Under the pieces are notes generated by a model. It was not told where the DNA came from. It did no database searches and saw nothing but the letters and a program-made list of their open reading frames with translations. A stretch of 64,000 nucleotides of DNA from Acidobacteriota bacterium (GTDB lineage: Bacteria > Acidobacteriota > Thermoanaerobaculia > Multivoradales > Multivoraceae): contig JAPPCR010000006.1 of NCBI GenBank assembly GCA_028875725.1, forward strand, positions 563,786 through 627,785, written 5' to 3'. The stretch's first letter is position 1. Each line of letters starts with the position of its first letter. Of the stretch, positions 48,159-57,897 are shown one piece after another. Both the position numbers and the translations under genes were made by a program.

Positions 48159-49298
48159 CTATGCGGTTCCGGGAGCGGTCCCGAACTCGGCGCGGATCGC
48201 GGCGCCGTGCTCGTCGAGTTCGGGAACCGGCGGCAGGCGTTTTCCCGGTTCGTTGGGGGCGGTAGCGGGTGCGACCATGTCGATCTCGGTACCGTCGGGG
48301 AGAGGCTGTCTGGCCCGGCGGAGTTGTGGATGCCGTGACAGGGCGGCGACGTCGTTCAGGAAGCCGTAGGCGATACGCGCCTGGTTCAGGGCGGTCTGGA
48401 TCGAGGCCCGGTCGTGTCGCAGGAAGACCGCGCCGATCACGGCTTCGACCTTGTCGCGGGCATTGGCGCGGTCCACGTTCCGCGGGTAGGCGTCGGCCAG
48501 TTCCGGCTGGTCGAGAACCTCGTTGCACAGCCGCACGAACTCGCGGTCGTTCTGGACACCGATCAGGACGGAGTCGCCGTCCCCGAGCCGGAACAGTCCG
48601 TAGGGCACGATCGTCGGATGGCCGAGCCCGACGCGCGGCCAGTCGAGCCCCTGCTGCTCGAAGCTCAGCAGGGGCACGGCCATCCAGTCCGCCATCGTGT
48701 GGAAGAGGGTGGCCTCGACGTTGCGGCCGGCGCCCGTGCTCTCGCGCTCGATCAGGGCTTCGAGGATGGCGGAGTAGGCGTAGATGCCGGTTGCGAAGTC
48801 GCAGATCGACACGCCGACCCGGCCGGGCTCTGCCGGCGAACCGGTGATCGATGCGACGCCGCTCTCGGCCTGGACCAGGAGGTCGTAGGCGCGCATCGAC
48901 CGGTACGGACCCTCCTCGCCGTACCCCGAGATGTCGCAGGTGATCAGCCGCGGGTGACGCTTGCCGAGGTCCTTCGACCCGAAGCCCGCGCGCGCGGCGG
49001 CGCCCGGAGCGAGGTTCTGGATGAACACATCCGCGCGCTCGACCATCCGTTCGAGCAGGGTCCGGTCCCGCGCGTCCTTGATGTCGAGAACGATGGACTC
49101 CTTGCCGCGGTTCAGCCAGGCGAAGTAGGCCGAGACGCCGCCGCTGCCGTCGTAGCCGCGGGCAAAGTCGCCGCCTTCGCGCTCGATCTTGATCACCCGG
49201 GCCCCGGCGTCGGCGAGCCGGCAGGTAGCCAGCGGCGCCGCAACCGCTTGCTCGATGGCCACCACGAGGACGCCGTCGAGAGGCCGGCGCGGGGTCAT
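48159..49298 (-). CDS. CoA-transferase family III (CaiB/BaiF)
   Basis: LDGVLVVAIEQAVAAPLATCRLADAGARVIKIER. Start at the internal Met (MTPRRPLDG). Confidence 0.65.
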   Translation of the reverse strand: MTPRRPLDGVLVVAIEQAVAAPLATCRLADAGARVIKIEREGGDFARGYDGSGGVSAYFAWLNRGKESIVLDIKDARDRTLLERMVERADVFIQNLAPGAAARAGFGSKDLGKRHPRLITCDISGYGEEGPYRSMRAYDLLVQAESGVASITGSPAEPGRVGVSICDFATGIYAYSAILEALIERESTGAGRNVEATLFHTMADWMAVPLLSFEQQGLDWPRVGLGHPTIVPYGLFRLGDGDSVLIGVQNDREFVRLCNEVLDQPELADAYPRNVDRANARDKVEAVIGAVFLRHDRASIQTALNQARIAYGFLNDVAALSRHPQLRRARQPLPDGTEIDMVAPATAPNEPGKRLPPVPELDEHGAAIRAEFGTAPGTA

Positions 49299-49302
49299 CG
49301 AG

Positions 49303-49983
49303 TCAACGCCAGGCGAAGACCGGCTGCTCGTAGTGGGCCACGCGGACATCGTTGCCGCGAAGCACGACCTCGAGCATCTGGTAGACGATCGCCGCCGTCG
49401 GCGAATGGACGAGGCCGCCGCGGATCGGCATGGAGAGCACGGGGTTCTCGCTCTCCGGTATCTCGCGAAGCACGGGCACGTCCGGGCGGTCCAGGTCGAT
49501 CAGCGGAATGCGGTAGGCCCTGTAGACCTCGGCCGGATTCGGCTCCAGCTTGCGGTAGCCGTCGCACCAGAAGACGACCGGCGTGATGACGAAGCCGGAG
49601 CGCGTGCCGAAGTCGTCGAGTCGCCCGAGGACGGCGGACGAGTCGAGGTCGAGGCCCACCTCTTCGTGGAGCTCGCGGAGCGCCGCCTGCTCGGGTGTCT
49701 CCGCCTCGTCGATCCGGCCGCCCGGGAGAGCCCACTGGCCGCGGTGGCGGCGCAGCCGGAGCGACCGCCGCGTGAGCAGGAAGCAGCCGCGGCCGCCCTT
49801 GTCGGGTAGCAGCGTCACGGCGACCGCGGCGTGCGCGTTCGCCGGCGTCGCGCCGGTGTGGCCGGAAGCCTCCGCTGCCCGCGCCGCGGCGGCTTCCGGG
49901 TCGAGCGCGCGCTGCTCGAAGCGTCCCAGGTTCCGCTCGGCGTGCGCGAGAAGTTCCGTGCCGTGCCGTGCCGGAAAGCTCAT
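49303..49983 (-). CDS. NUDIX hydrolase, CoA pyrophosphatase-like
   Basis: LLTRRSLRLRRHRGQWALPGGRIDEAETPEQAALRELHEEVGL, the NUDIX box with CoA-pyrophosphatase-type upstream motif. 4 bp overlap with the LLM gene. Confidence 0.6.
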   Translation of the reverse strand: MSFPARHGTELLAHAERNLGRFEQRALDPEAAAARAAEASGHTGATPANAHAAVAVTLLPDKGGRGCFLLTRRSLRLRRHRGQWALPGGRIDEAETPEQAALRELHEEVGLDLDSSAVLGRLDDFGTRSGFVITPVVFWCDGYRKLEPNPAEVYRAYRIPLIDLDRPDVPVLREIPESENPVLSMPIRGGLVHSPTAAIVYQMLEVVLRGNDVRVAHYEQPVFAWR

Positions 49984-51035
49984 TCTCCGGCGGGAGCCTC
50001 CTCGCGGACCAGCTCCAGGAACCGGCCCAGGGTGTCGAGCCGCTCGCGGACCGTGGCTCCGGCCGGGTTGAGGCGCAGGGTCGTCACGCCGGCGTCGCGG
50101 TAGGCGCGAATGCGCTCCCGCACGCGGGCTTCGTCGCCGATCAGGGTGTTGCCGAGCACCATCTCGTCCGGCACCCGCGCCGCGGCCTCTTCCCGCTTGC
50201 CGGAGATCCAGAGAGCCTGCACCTCACGGGCGGTTTCGATGAAGCCGGCACGGCGGTAGGCGTCGTTGTAGAAGTTGGTCTGCGCCGAGCCCATCGCGCC
50301 AAGGGTGAAGGCCATCGCCGGCTTGCGGCGGGCGGCCATCCGCTCCAGGTCGTCGCCGAACTCGACGTCGCCGCCGACCTGGATGTCGATGTCGCCGAAC
50401 GACCTGCCGGTGCGCTCGGCGCCGGCGCGCATCGCAGGAAAGAAGGCGTCGGTGTGCTCCGGGATGAAGGACGTGCCGAGCCAGCCATCGGCAACCTCGC
50501 CGGTGTACTCCAGGGATTTCGGACCGAGGGTCGCAAGATAGATCGGCATCTCGGGTCGCGCGGGCTGCGACATGCGGATCGCCTTGCCCTCGCCGCCCGG
50601 TCGGGGCAGGGTGTAGTGCCTGCCGTCGTAGGCGATCTTTTCGCCCGACAGGGCGATCTTCAGGATGTCGACGTACTCGCGGAGGCGGCCCAGCGGCATG
50701 GCGAAGGGCACGCCGTGAAGACCCTCGACCACCTGAGGGCCACTGACGCCGAGACCGAGCACGAAGCGGTCCTTCGAGATCGACGCCAGCGACATCGCTG
50801 TCATGGCGGTCATCGATGGCGCTCGCGCCGAGATCTGCATGATGCCGGTGCCGAGGCGGACCCGCTCGGTCCGCCCGGCGAGAAAGGCGAGCGGCGTCAC
50901 CGCGTCGGTGCCCCAGGCCTCGGCCGACCAGACGTCGTCGATTCCCATGCGGTCCGCCTCGACGACGTACTCCGCCAGGGCATCCCAGTTCGTTCCGGAG
51001 GCGTACGCGCTCCCTATCCCGATCGCTGTGCGCAT
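49980..51035 (-). CDS. LLM-class (luciferase-like) F420/flavin-dependent oxidoreductase
   Basis: TIM-barrel LLM motifs (GIDDVWSAEAWGTDAVTPLAFLAG...LGTGIMQISARAP...LGLGVSGPQVVEGLHG). Confidence 0.6.
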   Translation of the reverse strand: MRTAIGIGSAYASGTNWDALAEYVVEADRMGIDDVWSAEAWGTDAVTPLAFLAGRTERVRLGTGIMQISARAPSMTAMTAMSLASISKDRFVLGLGVSGPQVVEGLHGVPFAMPLGRLREYVDILKIALSGEKIAYDGRHYTLPRPGGEGKAIRMSQPARPEMPIYLATLGPKSLEYTGEVADGWLGTSFIPEHTDAFFPAMRAGAERTGRSFGDIDIQVGGDVEFGDDLERMAARRKPAMAFTLGAMGSAQTNFYNDAYRRAGFIETAREVQALWISGKREEAAARVPDEMVLGNTLIGDEARVRERIRAYRDAGVTTLRLNPAGATVRERLDTLGRFLELVREEAPAGE

Positions 51036-51122
51036 TTCTGGTTACTCCTACCTCGCGGCCCGCGCCGCGAGCTCGACACCGGACCGCTTCGTTACTCGTT
51101 GGTTGGCGTGGGCGAGATCCGG

Positions 51123-51674
51123 CTACTGGACGGCGGAGGCGCGGACGAAGTAGTTCTTGCGGATGTCGGGACGGCCCTCGGCGCCTCGTCCGGCGATGGT
51201 CTGCAACAGGTCGCCCTGCTTGGTTATCTCCCAGATCTGCTGTACGTCCGCCTCGAAGCCCGGCAGGCTGACCGTGAACGAGACGGTGAGTTTCTTCTTC
51301 CGCCATCGGGCCCGCACTTCCTGCATCCTGCCGCTGCCCAGGTCGGGCGCTGCGTGGCGCTTGTTGTCCGTGACGTAGGTCACGTTGACGTGCTGCGGGG
51401 TGGGCCAGTCCCGCCGTCGGCTGGTCTGAGTCAACTCGACGTCGTCGCCGACCAGGCGGAACTCGATCTCGATGTCGGCCGCGTTCGGTTGCGGTCGATC
51501 GTGACGCCCGGGCCAGGGCGCGTCGCTGCGTGAGATGTCCTTCTGCCAGATGCCGACGAAGCGTTCGTCCTGGGCGGCTGCCGGCGCGCCGGCGAACCAG
51601 ACGACGGCGAGCGCGGCGCCGAGGATAGTGGTGAATAGGCCTCTGCGGCTTGGAGCAATCGGGTTCATGGACAT
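51123..51674 (-). CDS. hypothetical secreted protein
   Basis: Signal peptide MSMNPIAPSRRGLFTTILGAALAVVWFAGAPAAAQ. No recognised family. Confidence 0.4.
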   Translation of the reverse strand: MSMNPIAPSRRGLFTTILGAALAVVWFAGAPAAAQDERFVGIWQKDISRSDAPWPGRHDRPQPNAADIEIEFRLVGDDVELTQTSRRRDWPTPQHVNVTYVTDNKRHAAPDLGSGRMQEVRARWRKKKLTVSFTVSLPGFEADVQQIWEITKQGDLLQTIAGRGAEGRPDIRKNYFVRASAVQ

Positions 51675-51739
51675 TTCCTCATGGCTGGTTCTGTCCATTG
51701 GGACGGCTGTGCGGATCGACTGATCCTACAGGTCCGGTC

Positions 51740-52687
51740 TCACTGGTCGCCCAACAGGTCCGCGAAGTACCGGATCGTCTTCTCGAGGCCGGCCTCCAGG
51801 TCGATCCGGGGCTCCCAGCCGAGCAGGTCGGTGGCCCGGCCGATGTCGGGCTGGCGCGTCTTCGGGTCGTCGACCGGCAGGGACTGGAACTCGATCTCGC
51901 TGCGGCTCCCGGTCAGGCTCCGAATCACCCGGGCGAACTCGAGCACGGTCATCTCGCGGGGGTTGCCGAGGTTGACCGGGTCGGTCTCCGAGGAGTTGAG
52001 GAGCCGCCAGACCCCTTGGACCAGGTCGTCGATGTAGCAGAACGAACGCGTCTGGCTGCCGTCGCCGTAGACGGTCATGGGTCTGCCGGAGAGAGCCTGG
52101 CGGATGAAGTTCGGCACGACGCGGCCGTCGCGGAGCCGCATCCGCGGTCCGTACGTGTTGAAGATGCGGACGATCCGGGTGTCCAGTCCGTGGATCCGGT
52201 GGTAGGCCATGACCATCGCTTCCGCGAAGCGCTTCGCCTCGTCGTAGACGCCTCGCGGACCGACCGGGTTCACGTTGCCCCAGTAGGACTCCGGCTGGGG
52301 GTGGACCAGGGGGTCGCCATAGACCTCCGAGGTCGAGGCGAGCAGGTAGCGGGCGCCGTGGTGCTTGGCCAGACCGAGCGAGTTGTGGGTTCCGAGCGAT
52401 CCCACCTTGAGTGTCTGGATCGGAAGCTCCAGGTAGTCGACCGGGCTGGCGGGCGAGGCGAAGTGGAGGACGTTGTCGACGTCGGGTCCGACATAGACCG
52501 GCTTGCTGACGTCGTGCTCGATCAGGGTGAAGCGCTCGTTCTCGCGGAGGTGTTCGATGTTCGCCGGGCTACCGGTGATGAAGTTGTCCACGCAGTAGAC
52601 CCGGTGGCCCTCGGCGAGCAGCCGTTCGCAGAGGTGGGAGCCGATGAACCCGGCGCCGCCGGTGACGACGGAAAGCGGTTGGCTCAC
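51740..52687 (-). CDS. UDP-glucuronate decarboxylase (UDP-xylose synthase), extended SDR
   Basis: [33 protein letters not shown]...NIEHL...FTLIEHDV. Start set at GTG (GTGA overlap with the upstream ugd stop); the six-frame ORF extension is Arg-rich. Confidence 0.65.
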   Translation of the reverse strand: MSQPLSVVTGGAGFIGSHLCERLLAEGHRVYCVDNFITGSPANIEHLRENERFTLIEHDVSKPVYVGPDVDNVLHFASPASPVDYLELPIQTLKVGSLGTHNSLGLAKHHGARYLLASTSEVYGDPLVHPQPESYWGNVNPVGPRGVYDEAKRFAEAMVMAYHRIHGLDTRIVRIFNTYGPRMRLRDGRVVPNFIRQALSGRPMTVYGDGSQTRSFCYIDDLVQGVWRLLNSSETDPVNLGNPREMTVLEFARVIRSLTGSRSEIEFQSLPVDDPKTRQPDIGRATDLLGWEPRIDLEAGLEKTIRYFADLLGDQ

Positions 52688-54015
52688 GAGGCCTTCACTC
52701 CCGGAACTGCAGCGGCCGGGACGGCGTCGGCGCGCCCGAGCGAGGAGTATCTGAGGCCGGCGTCCGCCACGCGTCCAGGCTCGTAGAGATTGCGCAGATC
52801 GAGTATCTGAGGCTCGCGCAGCAACTGCCTCAGCCGCTCGAACTCGAGCGCCCGGAACTGGTTCCACTCGGTCAGGATGACCAGCAGGTCGGCGTCCTCG
52901 GCCGCTTCGTACGGGTCACTGCAGTAGACGGCTTCCGGGCGAATGCGGCGGGCGTTCTCCATCGCCGCTGGATCGTAGACCCGGACCGTCGCGCCCCGCG
53001 ACAGGAGGTTCTCGAGCACGAACATCGCGGGAGATTCACGGATGTCGTCCGTGTTGGGCTTGAAGGACAGTCCCAGCAGCGCCACGTTCCGGCCTTCGGG
53101 ACTACCGAGCACGGACTCGATCCTGGCGAGCATCCGTTCCTGGATTCGATGGTTGACGTGAAGGGTTGCTTCGACGATCTCGGCTCGGGCGCCGGCGTCG
53201 CGCGCCATGGAAACCATGGCCCGCGTGTCCTTGGGAAAGCATGACCCGCCGAAGCCCGGCCCCGGGCGCAGGAACAGCGGTCCGATCCGGCGATCCAGGC
53301 CCATGCCATGGGCAACGACCTGGACATCGGCCCCGGTTCGCTCGCACAACTCCGCCACTTCGTTGATGAAGGAGATGCGGGTGGCCAGGAAGCTGTTGGA
53401 GGCGTACTTGATCATCTCCGCGGTCTCGACGTCCGTGACCACGATCGGGACGCCGCGCGCGCGGAGCGGCGAGTAGATCTCGAGCATGATGTCGGTGGCG
53501 CGCTGGTCGCGGCTGCCGATGACCAGGCGGTCCGGCCGCATGAAGTCCTCGATGGCCGAGCCCTCGCGCAGGAACTCGGGGTTGCTGACAACGGAGAAGG
53601 TGCGGCCGCGACCGATGATGTCTTCGATCATTCGGCCGGTGCCGACCGGCACGGTGCTCTTGGTGACGATTGCCTTGTAGCTGTTGAGCCTTCCACGGAT
53701 TGCCTGGGCCACCTCGCGGACGTAGCGGAGATCCGAAGAGCCGTCCTCGCGGGGCGGCGTGCCGACGGCGATGAAGACAGCCGTTGCGGCTTCAAGAGCC
53801 GGCCCCGGCTCGGTCGTGAAACCCAGGCGTCCGGCTTCCTCGTTCTTGGCAACCAGGGTCGCCAGGCCTGGCTCGTAGATCGGAATCCGGCCCGCCTGCA
53901 ACTGGGCGATCTTCGTCCGATCCTGGTCGACGCAGACGACGTCCATACCGAAGTCGGCAAGGCATGCGCCCGTGACCAGGCCGACGTAGCCGGAGCCGAC
54001 GACGCAGATTCTCAT
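52684..54015 (-). CDS. ugd: UDP-glucose 6-dehydrogenase
   Basis: [26 protein letters not shown]-binding N-terminus. Catalytic region GGSCFPKD. Start at internal ATG 54015. Confidence 0.7.
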   Translation of the reverse strand: MRICVVGSGYVGLVTGACLADFGMDVVCVDQDRTKIAQLQAGRIPIYEPGLATLVAKNEEAGRLGFTTEPGPALEAATAVFIAVGTPPREDGSSDLRYVREVAQAIRGRLNSYKAIVTKSTVPVGTGRMIEDIIGRGRTFSVVSNPEFLREGSAIEDFMRPDRLVIGSRDQRATDIMLEIYSPLRARGVPIVVTDVETAEMIKYASNSFLATRISFINEVAELCERTGADVQVVAHGMGLDRRIGPLFLRPGPGFGGSCFPKDTRAMVSMARDAGARAEIVEATLHVNHRIQERMLARIESVLGSPEGRNVALLGLSFKPNTDDIRESPAMFVLENLLSRGATVRVYDPAAMENARRIRPEAVYCSDPYEAAEDADLLVILTEWNQFRALEFERLRQLLREPQILDLRNLYEPGRVADAGLRYSSLGRADAVPAAAVPGVKAS

Positions 54016-54220
54016 GTCAGCCTCGGCTTGCGTGTGGCGGTCATATCGTCCGGGCTGGGGATCGTCCGGGGCGGGTTGCCGGCCGGCCATTGCCGGCCTC
54101 GCCCGGGGACGGTACGGCTGCTATGTTACAGGGCTCGAAGCGCTTCGTTTGCCCGGCTGCGGCCGGCGGGCGAAACGAGAACATGCGAAGGACCGGCAGA
54201 CGAAGGACCACGGTGAGTCG

Positions 54221-54457
54221 ATGAAGGGCGGACGAAGGCTGAGCAACGCGATCTCGACCCGCAAATCGGTGGTTACCGCGCCGCGGCGCTTCAGCAAGGT
54301 GCAGCGCAACGAACCCTGCCCCTGCGGCAGCGGCAGGAAGTACAAGGACTGCTGCTTCAACAAGGGCGAGGCGTTCCTGCGGAAGCTGGAACGCCAGCGC
54401 TTCAAGGAGCAGCAGAAGGCCGACGGAACGCCCTGGTACGTCCGCTGGCTGACCTGA
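54221..54457 (+). CDS. SEC-C motif (YchJ-like) small protein
   Basis: NEPCPCGSGRKYKDCC metal-binding SEC-C motif. Start at internal Met MKGGRR. Confidence 0.5.
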   Translation: MKGGRRLSNAISTRKSVVTAPRRFSKVQRNEPCPCGSGRKYKDCCFNKGEAFLRKLERQRFKEQQKADGTPWYVRWLT

Positions 54458-54476
54458 TCCGGCGCCAGGAAGCGCG

Positions 54477-55385
54477 CTAGACCGGCGTCGGCTCCGCCTT
54501 CTCGTCGACCGCCGCGTCGTGGTCCTGCTTCGCCTTGAGAAGCTGCGGCATGATCAGGTCGATGTCGCGGTTGTCCCACATGCCGTCCTTGCTGAACTTC
54601 CGGATCACCTTGGGCTGCTGCATGATGCCGACCCAGCCGCGCATCACGTCGATGATCTGGGCGGTCATGTCCGCGCCCGCGTCGGATGCCAGCCAGGCGC
54701 AGACCGGCGCGATCTGATTCGGGCTCTGCTCCGGCGCGTCCTCGTCGATCTTCATGCCGCGGCCGGCTCGCAGTTCGGCCGTCATGCGCGTCGTCGCGCC
54801 CGGCGAGATCGTGTTCACGGTGCAGCGGTACTTGGCCAGCTCCAGCGCCAGCACCCGGGAAAGACCGGCGATGCCGGCCTTGGCGGCGGCGTAGTTGGAC
54901 TGGCCGAAGTTGCCGTAGAGGCCGGACACGGAGGAGAAGTTGATGATCCGGCAGTCCGGGCGGTTCGTCTCGCGGATGTAGCGGGCGAACGGCCGGCTGC
55001 AGCAGTAGTGGCCCTTCAGGTGGACGTCAAGCACGGCGTCCCAGTCGGTCTCTTCCAGGTTGAAGATCGTCCGGTCACGCAGAATGCCGGCGTTGTTGAC
55101 GAGGACGTCCAGACCACCGAACGAGTCGATCGCCGTCTGAAAGATGTTCTGACCGCCCTCGACCGTGGCGACCGAGTCGTAGTTCGGTACGGCCGAACCG
55201 CCGGCGCTCCGGATCTCCTCGACGACCTCGTCGGCGATCCGTGAACCGCCGGTGCCGTCGGTCGCGCCGCCCAGGTCGTTGATCACGACGTTGGCGCCCT
55301 CTTCCGCGAACTTGATCGCGATTCCCTTGCCGATGCCGCGGCCGGCGCCGGTGACGATTGCCGTCCTGCCTTCGAGGATTCCCAT
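54477..55385 (-). CDS. SDR oxidoreductase, MFE-2-type (3R)-hydroxyacyl-CoA dehydrogenase
   Basis: TGAGRGIGKGIAIKFAEEGANVVINDLGG...DGTGG...AD.VV.EI...GG.A..NYDSV is the classic MFE-2/FOX2 dehydrogenase pattern. YxxxK present. Confidence 0.6.
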   Translation of the reverse strand: MGILEGRTAIVTGAGRGIGKGIAIKFAEEGANVVINDLGGATDGTGGSRIADEVVEEIRSAGGSAVPNYDSVATVEGGQNIFQTAIDSFGGLDVLVNNAGILRDRTIFNLEETDWDAVLDVHLKGHYCCSRPFARYIRETNRPDCRIINFSSVSGLYGNFGQSNYAAAKAGIAGLSRVLALELAKYRCTVNTISPGATTRMTAELRAGRGMKIDEDAPEQSPNQIAPVCAWLASDAGADMTAQIIDVMRGWVGIMQQPKVIRKFSKDGMWDNRDIDLIMPQLLKAKQDHDAAVDEKAEPTPV

Positions 55386-55434
55386 CTCTTCGTGTCTCCG
55401 TCGGTTGGTCCTGCTGTCGATCGCGGCCGGTACT

Positions 55435-56310
55435 CTACGCGACGACCGCGACGCCCTGGCTTACCGCCTCCTTGCCCCCCGCGTTGAGGACCCGGAAGGC
55501 GACCTGGAGCGCGCCGTCTTCGGCCTCGCCGGCGGGAGCGTGCTCGACCGCGACCGAGGTGCCCGGAATGACCATCGCGCTGAATCGGCCATGGAGACGC
55601 CTGAGCCGCCGGGGGTCGCCGCCGCCGTAGGCGCGCAGCACCTCGCGGCCGGCAAGAGCCCAAGTGGCCGTGCCGTGGAGGATGATGTCGGGCAGGCCCG
55701 CGGCCAGCGCCACCTCGCGCTCCGTGTGGATCGGATTCCAGATCCGGGCGCATTCCGTGTAGACGTGGGGCATCTCCCGCGGCACGAAGATCTCGCTCCG
55801 GCTCCGGCCGTTTCCAGCCAGGCTCAACCTGGGCGGCTCGGGGGAAGGTTCCGTTTCGGTGTTCGGGCCGGTGGTGTCGACGCCGCGGAAGATCGAACGC
55901 GACCAGGAGGTGGTGACCGGCCGGCCGGCCCCGTCGACGGTGTCGAGGCGGGTAGTCAGCAGCACCCCGGCGCGCGTGCTCCGGATGCCGACGTAGCGGC
56001 CGCGGGTGGTCAGCGAGTCGCCGGGGCGGATCGGACGGTGGAAGTGGGAGTCCTGGCTGGCGTGGACGCCGCGCCGCAACTCCTGCGGCTCGCCGCCCAG
56101 TAGCTCCGACCCTCGGCCGCGGCTGACGACGGGCCATTCGAGGGACACGCAGTACGGCGGCGGCGCCGCGACGCCGCCGTTTCGGGCGTCGTCGAACACG
56201 GCGTCGCAGGTGTCGCCGATGCCGGCCGCGTAAGCGAGCACGTCGCGGACGGTAATCTCGATCGTCGAGGGCGTGAGTTCGCTGCCGGCGGCGGCGGTCG
56301 ACAGGGGCAT
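55435..56310 (-). CDS. MaoC-like double hot-dog dehydratase ((R)-specific enoyl-CoA hydratase, PhaJ-like)
   Basis: Two hot-dog halves. Paired with the MFE-2-type SDR and adjacent to phaR. Confidence 0.5.
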   Translation of the reverse strand: MPLSTAAAGSELTPSTIEITVRDVLAYAAGIGDTCDAVFDDARNGGVAAPPPYCVSLEWPVVSRGRGSELLGGEPQELRRGVHASQDSHFHRPIRPGDSLTTRGRYVGIRSTRAGVLLTTRLDTVDGAGRPVTTSWSRSIFRGVDTTGPNTETEPSPEPPRLSLAGNGRSRSEIFVPREMPHVYTECARIWNPIHTEREVALAAGLPDIILHGTATWALAGREVLRAYGGGDPRRLRRLHGRFSAMVIPGTSVAVEHAPAGEAEDGALQVAFRVLNAGGKEAVSQGVAVVA

Positions 56311-56332
56311 CGCGTCGCGCGTCCGGGGCCGG

Positions 56333-56953
56333 TCAGTCGGAGGTGTCCGCGAGGCGGCGTTCGAGATCCTGGAGCCGACTCTTCAGGTCATCGAGTTCGG
56401 CGCGGGTGGCGCTGCCGCCGTCCTCGCGCGTGGATACGGCCGTTGGTGGAGGAGCCGGCGGCTCCTGAGCCTTGCCGCTTCGGTCGGCGCCGCCGCCTCT
56501 GCCGAACACTCCTTCCATCTGCCGCGTCATCTGCGTGTGCATCTCCTCGGCCATGGCGCGAGGGTCCCAGAGGCGCATCCAGGACGGGTCCGGCGCGAAC
56601 GGGCTTCGCTGCATCGTTTCGCGGACCCGTTCGTAGACCTCGCCGGCGCTCTTCAGGTACCACTGGAAGAAGTCCCGGCCCGCCTGGTCCCGCGCCCGCA
56701 CCAGGTCGCGGAGGAACTCGAGCGGCGGTCCGTGCTCGGGATCCTTCGCGCCGTCGACGATGATCTGGGTCAGGACGTGGCGGGTGACGTCCTCTCCCGT
56801 CTTCGAGTCGACGACCTGGATGTCCCGGCCGCCGCGGACGAGTTCGGCGACGCCGTCGAGGTTCACGTAGCGGCTGCTGTGCGTGTCGTACAGCCGACGG
56901 TTCTCGTACTTCTTGATGACGATCGGCGCGAGCGACTTGCGGGAAGTGTTCAT
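56333..56953 (-). CDS. phaR: polyhydroxyalkanoate synthesis repressor PhaR
   Basis: IKKYENRRLYDTHSSRYVNLDGVAELVRGG is the PhaR N-terminal DNA-binding signature. Confidence 0.7.
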   Translation of the reverse strand: MNTSRKSLAPIVIKKYENRRLYDTHSSRYVNLDGVAELVRGGRDIQVVDSKTGEDVTRHVLTQIIVDGAKDPEHGPPLEFLRDLVRARDQAGRDFFQWYLKSAGEVYERVRETMQRSPFAPDPSWMRLWDPRAMAEEMHTQMTRQMEGVFGRGGGADRSGKAQEPPAPPPTAVSTREDGGSATRAELDDLKSRLQDLERRLADTSD

Positions 56954-57001
56954 GTCACGGGTGTGGGTCGAGCCGCTAGGAGTCGGTCATGCGGAGGGGG
57001 G

Positions 57002-57050
57002 TTGACACGGTGCAGCATATTGTGCAGCATTCTTGCTGCATTGCACAAGA
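57002..57050 (+). promoter_or_regulatory. candidate promoter and PhaR operator in the phaR-phasin divergent intergenic region
   Basis: TTGACA at 57002-57007, followed by TGCAGCAT direct repeat and a perfect 7 bp inverted repeat TGCAGCA-ttct-TGCTGCA (about 57024-57041), about 110 bp upstream of the phasin start. Confidence 0.35.
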
Positions 57051-57162
57051 CGGGCGCTGTCGAATGAAGCGACCGTCACCGTTGCAACCGTCGAAACAGG
57101 CTTGTAAGCCAAGACCATGTGGGCCATCCGGGCAACGGATCGTACCACTCAGGAGACCCTAG

Positions 57163-57498
57163 ATGACGACCAGCACAACCACCGCGACGAAGAGCCCGAG
57201 CCAGGCCTGGCGCGGCTCGTTGATCGATGCCAACCGGCAGGCGCTCGACTTCCAGAAGCGCGTGTTCGACACCAGCTTCGACATGGTGGCTTCCATGCAG
57301 GAGCGCCGCGAAGAGACGATCACCAAGTGGACCGAGAACTCCGAGCGGCTTCCGGCCGAGGCCAAGAGCCTGGTCCAGGAGTGGGTCCGGTTGTTCCAGG
57401 ACGGTCGCAGTTCCTACCGCTCCGCGGTCGACGCGAGTTTCGGCCTGGCGAACAGCTACCTCGACTCGCTCACCGCGCAGGCGGAGGAGTCGGCGTAG
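57163..57498 (+). CDS. phasin-like PHA granule-associated protein
   Basis: 111 aa, helical and Ala/Glu-rich. Sits between phaR and the PHA synthase genes. Confidence 0.4.
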   Translation: MTTSTTTATKSPSQAWRGSLIDANRQALDFQKRVFDTSFDMVASMQERREETITKWTENSERLPAEAKSLVQEWVRLFQDGRSSYRSAVDASFGLANSYLDSLTAQAEESA

Positions 57499-57507
57499 GC
57501 TAGTCCG

Positions 57508-57897
57508 ATGGCCGACGATCGCCCACCCCCGCAGCCGCCTCCCGACCCCTTCGCCGCCTGGCGTGAGTGGGTCACCCAGTCCGAACACCAGATGAACAAG
57601 GTGTTCAACGACATGATGGGCACGGAGCAGTTTGCCCGCGCTTCGGGCGGCTGGATCGAGGCGATGACCATGTTCCAGCAGACGATGAACGAGGGCGCGC
57701 AGCGCTACTTCCAGGCGGTCAACCTGCCCACGCGCAACGATCTCAGCGAACTCGCGGAGCGCCTGACCGCTGTCGAGGAGAGGCTGTTGCGCATCGAGGG
57801 GCTGCTCGCCCAGGCCATCGGCCGGAAAGGCGACGCGAGCCCGGCGCCCCGGCCGGCCCGCACCCGCCGCCCGCCGTCGGAGCAGAAGACCGAATGA
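57508..57897 (+). CDS. small PhaE/PhaR-subunit-like second subunit of class III/IV PHA synthase
   Basis: 129 aa. NLPTRNDLSELAERLTAVEERLLRIEGLL matches the conserved C-terminal motif of PhaE and Bacillus PhaR subunits. 4 bp overlap with phaC. Confidence 0.45.
   Translation: MADDRPPPQPPPDPFAAWREWVTQSEHQMNKVFNDMMGTEQFARASGGWIEAMTMFQQTMNEGAQRYFQAVNLPTRNDLSELAERLTAVEERLLRIEGLLAQAIGRKGDASPAPRPARTRRPPSEQKTE

Noticed and set aside
51740-52867. N-terminal extensions of ugd, UXS, SEC-C, phaC, BCCT, CRTAC1 and others in the six-frame track
   Set aside because: High-GC upstream regions stay open by chance. Starts were moved to internal ATG/GTG codons that give canonical N-termini and 4 bp overlaps with upstream stops.
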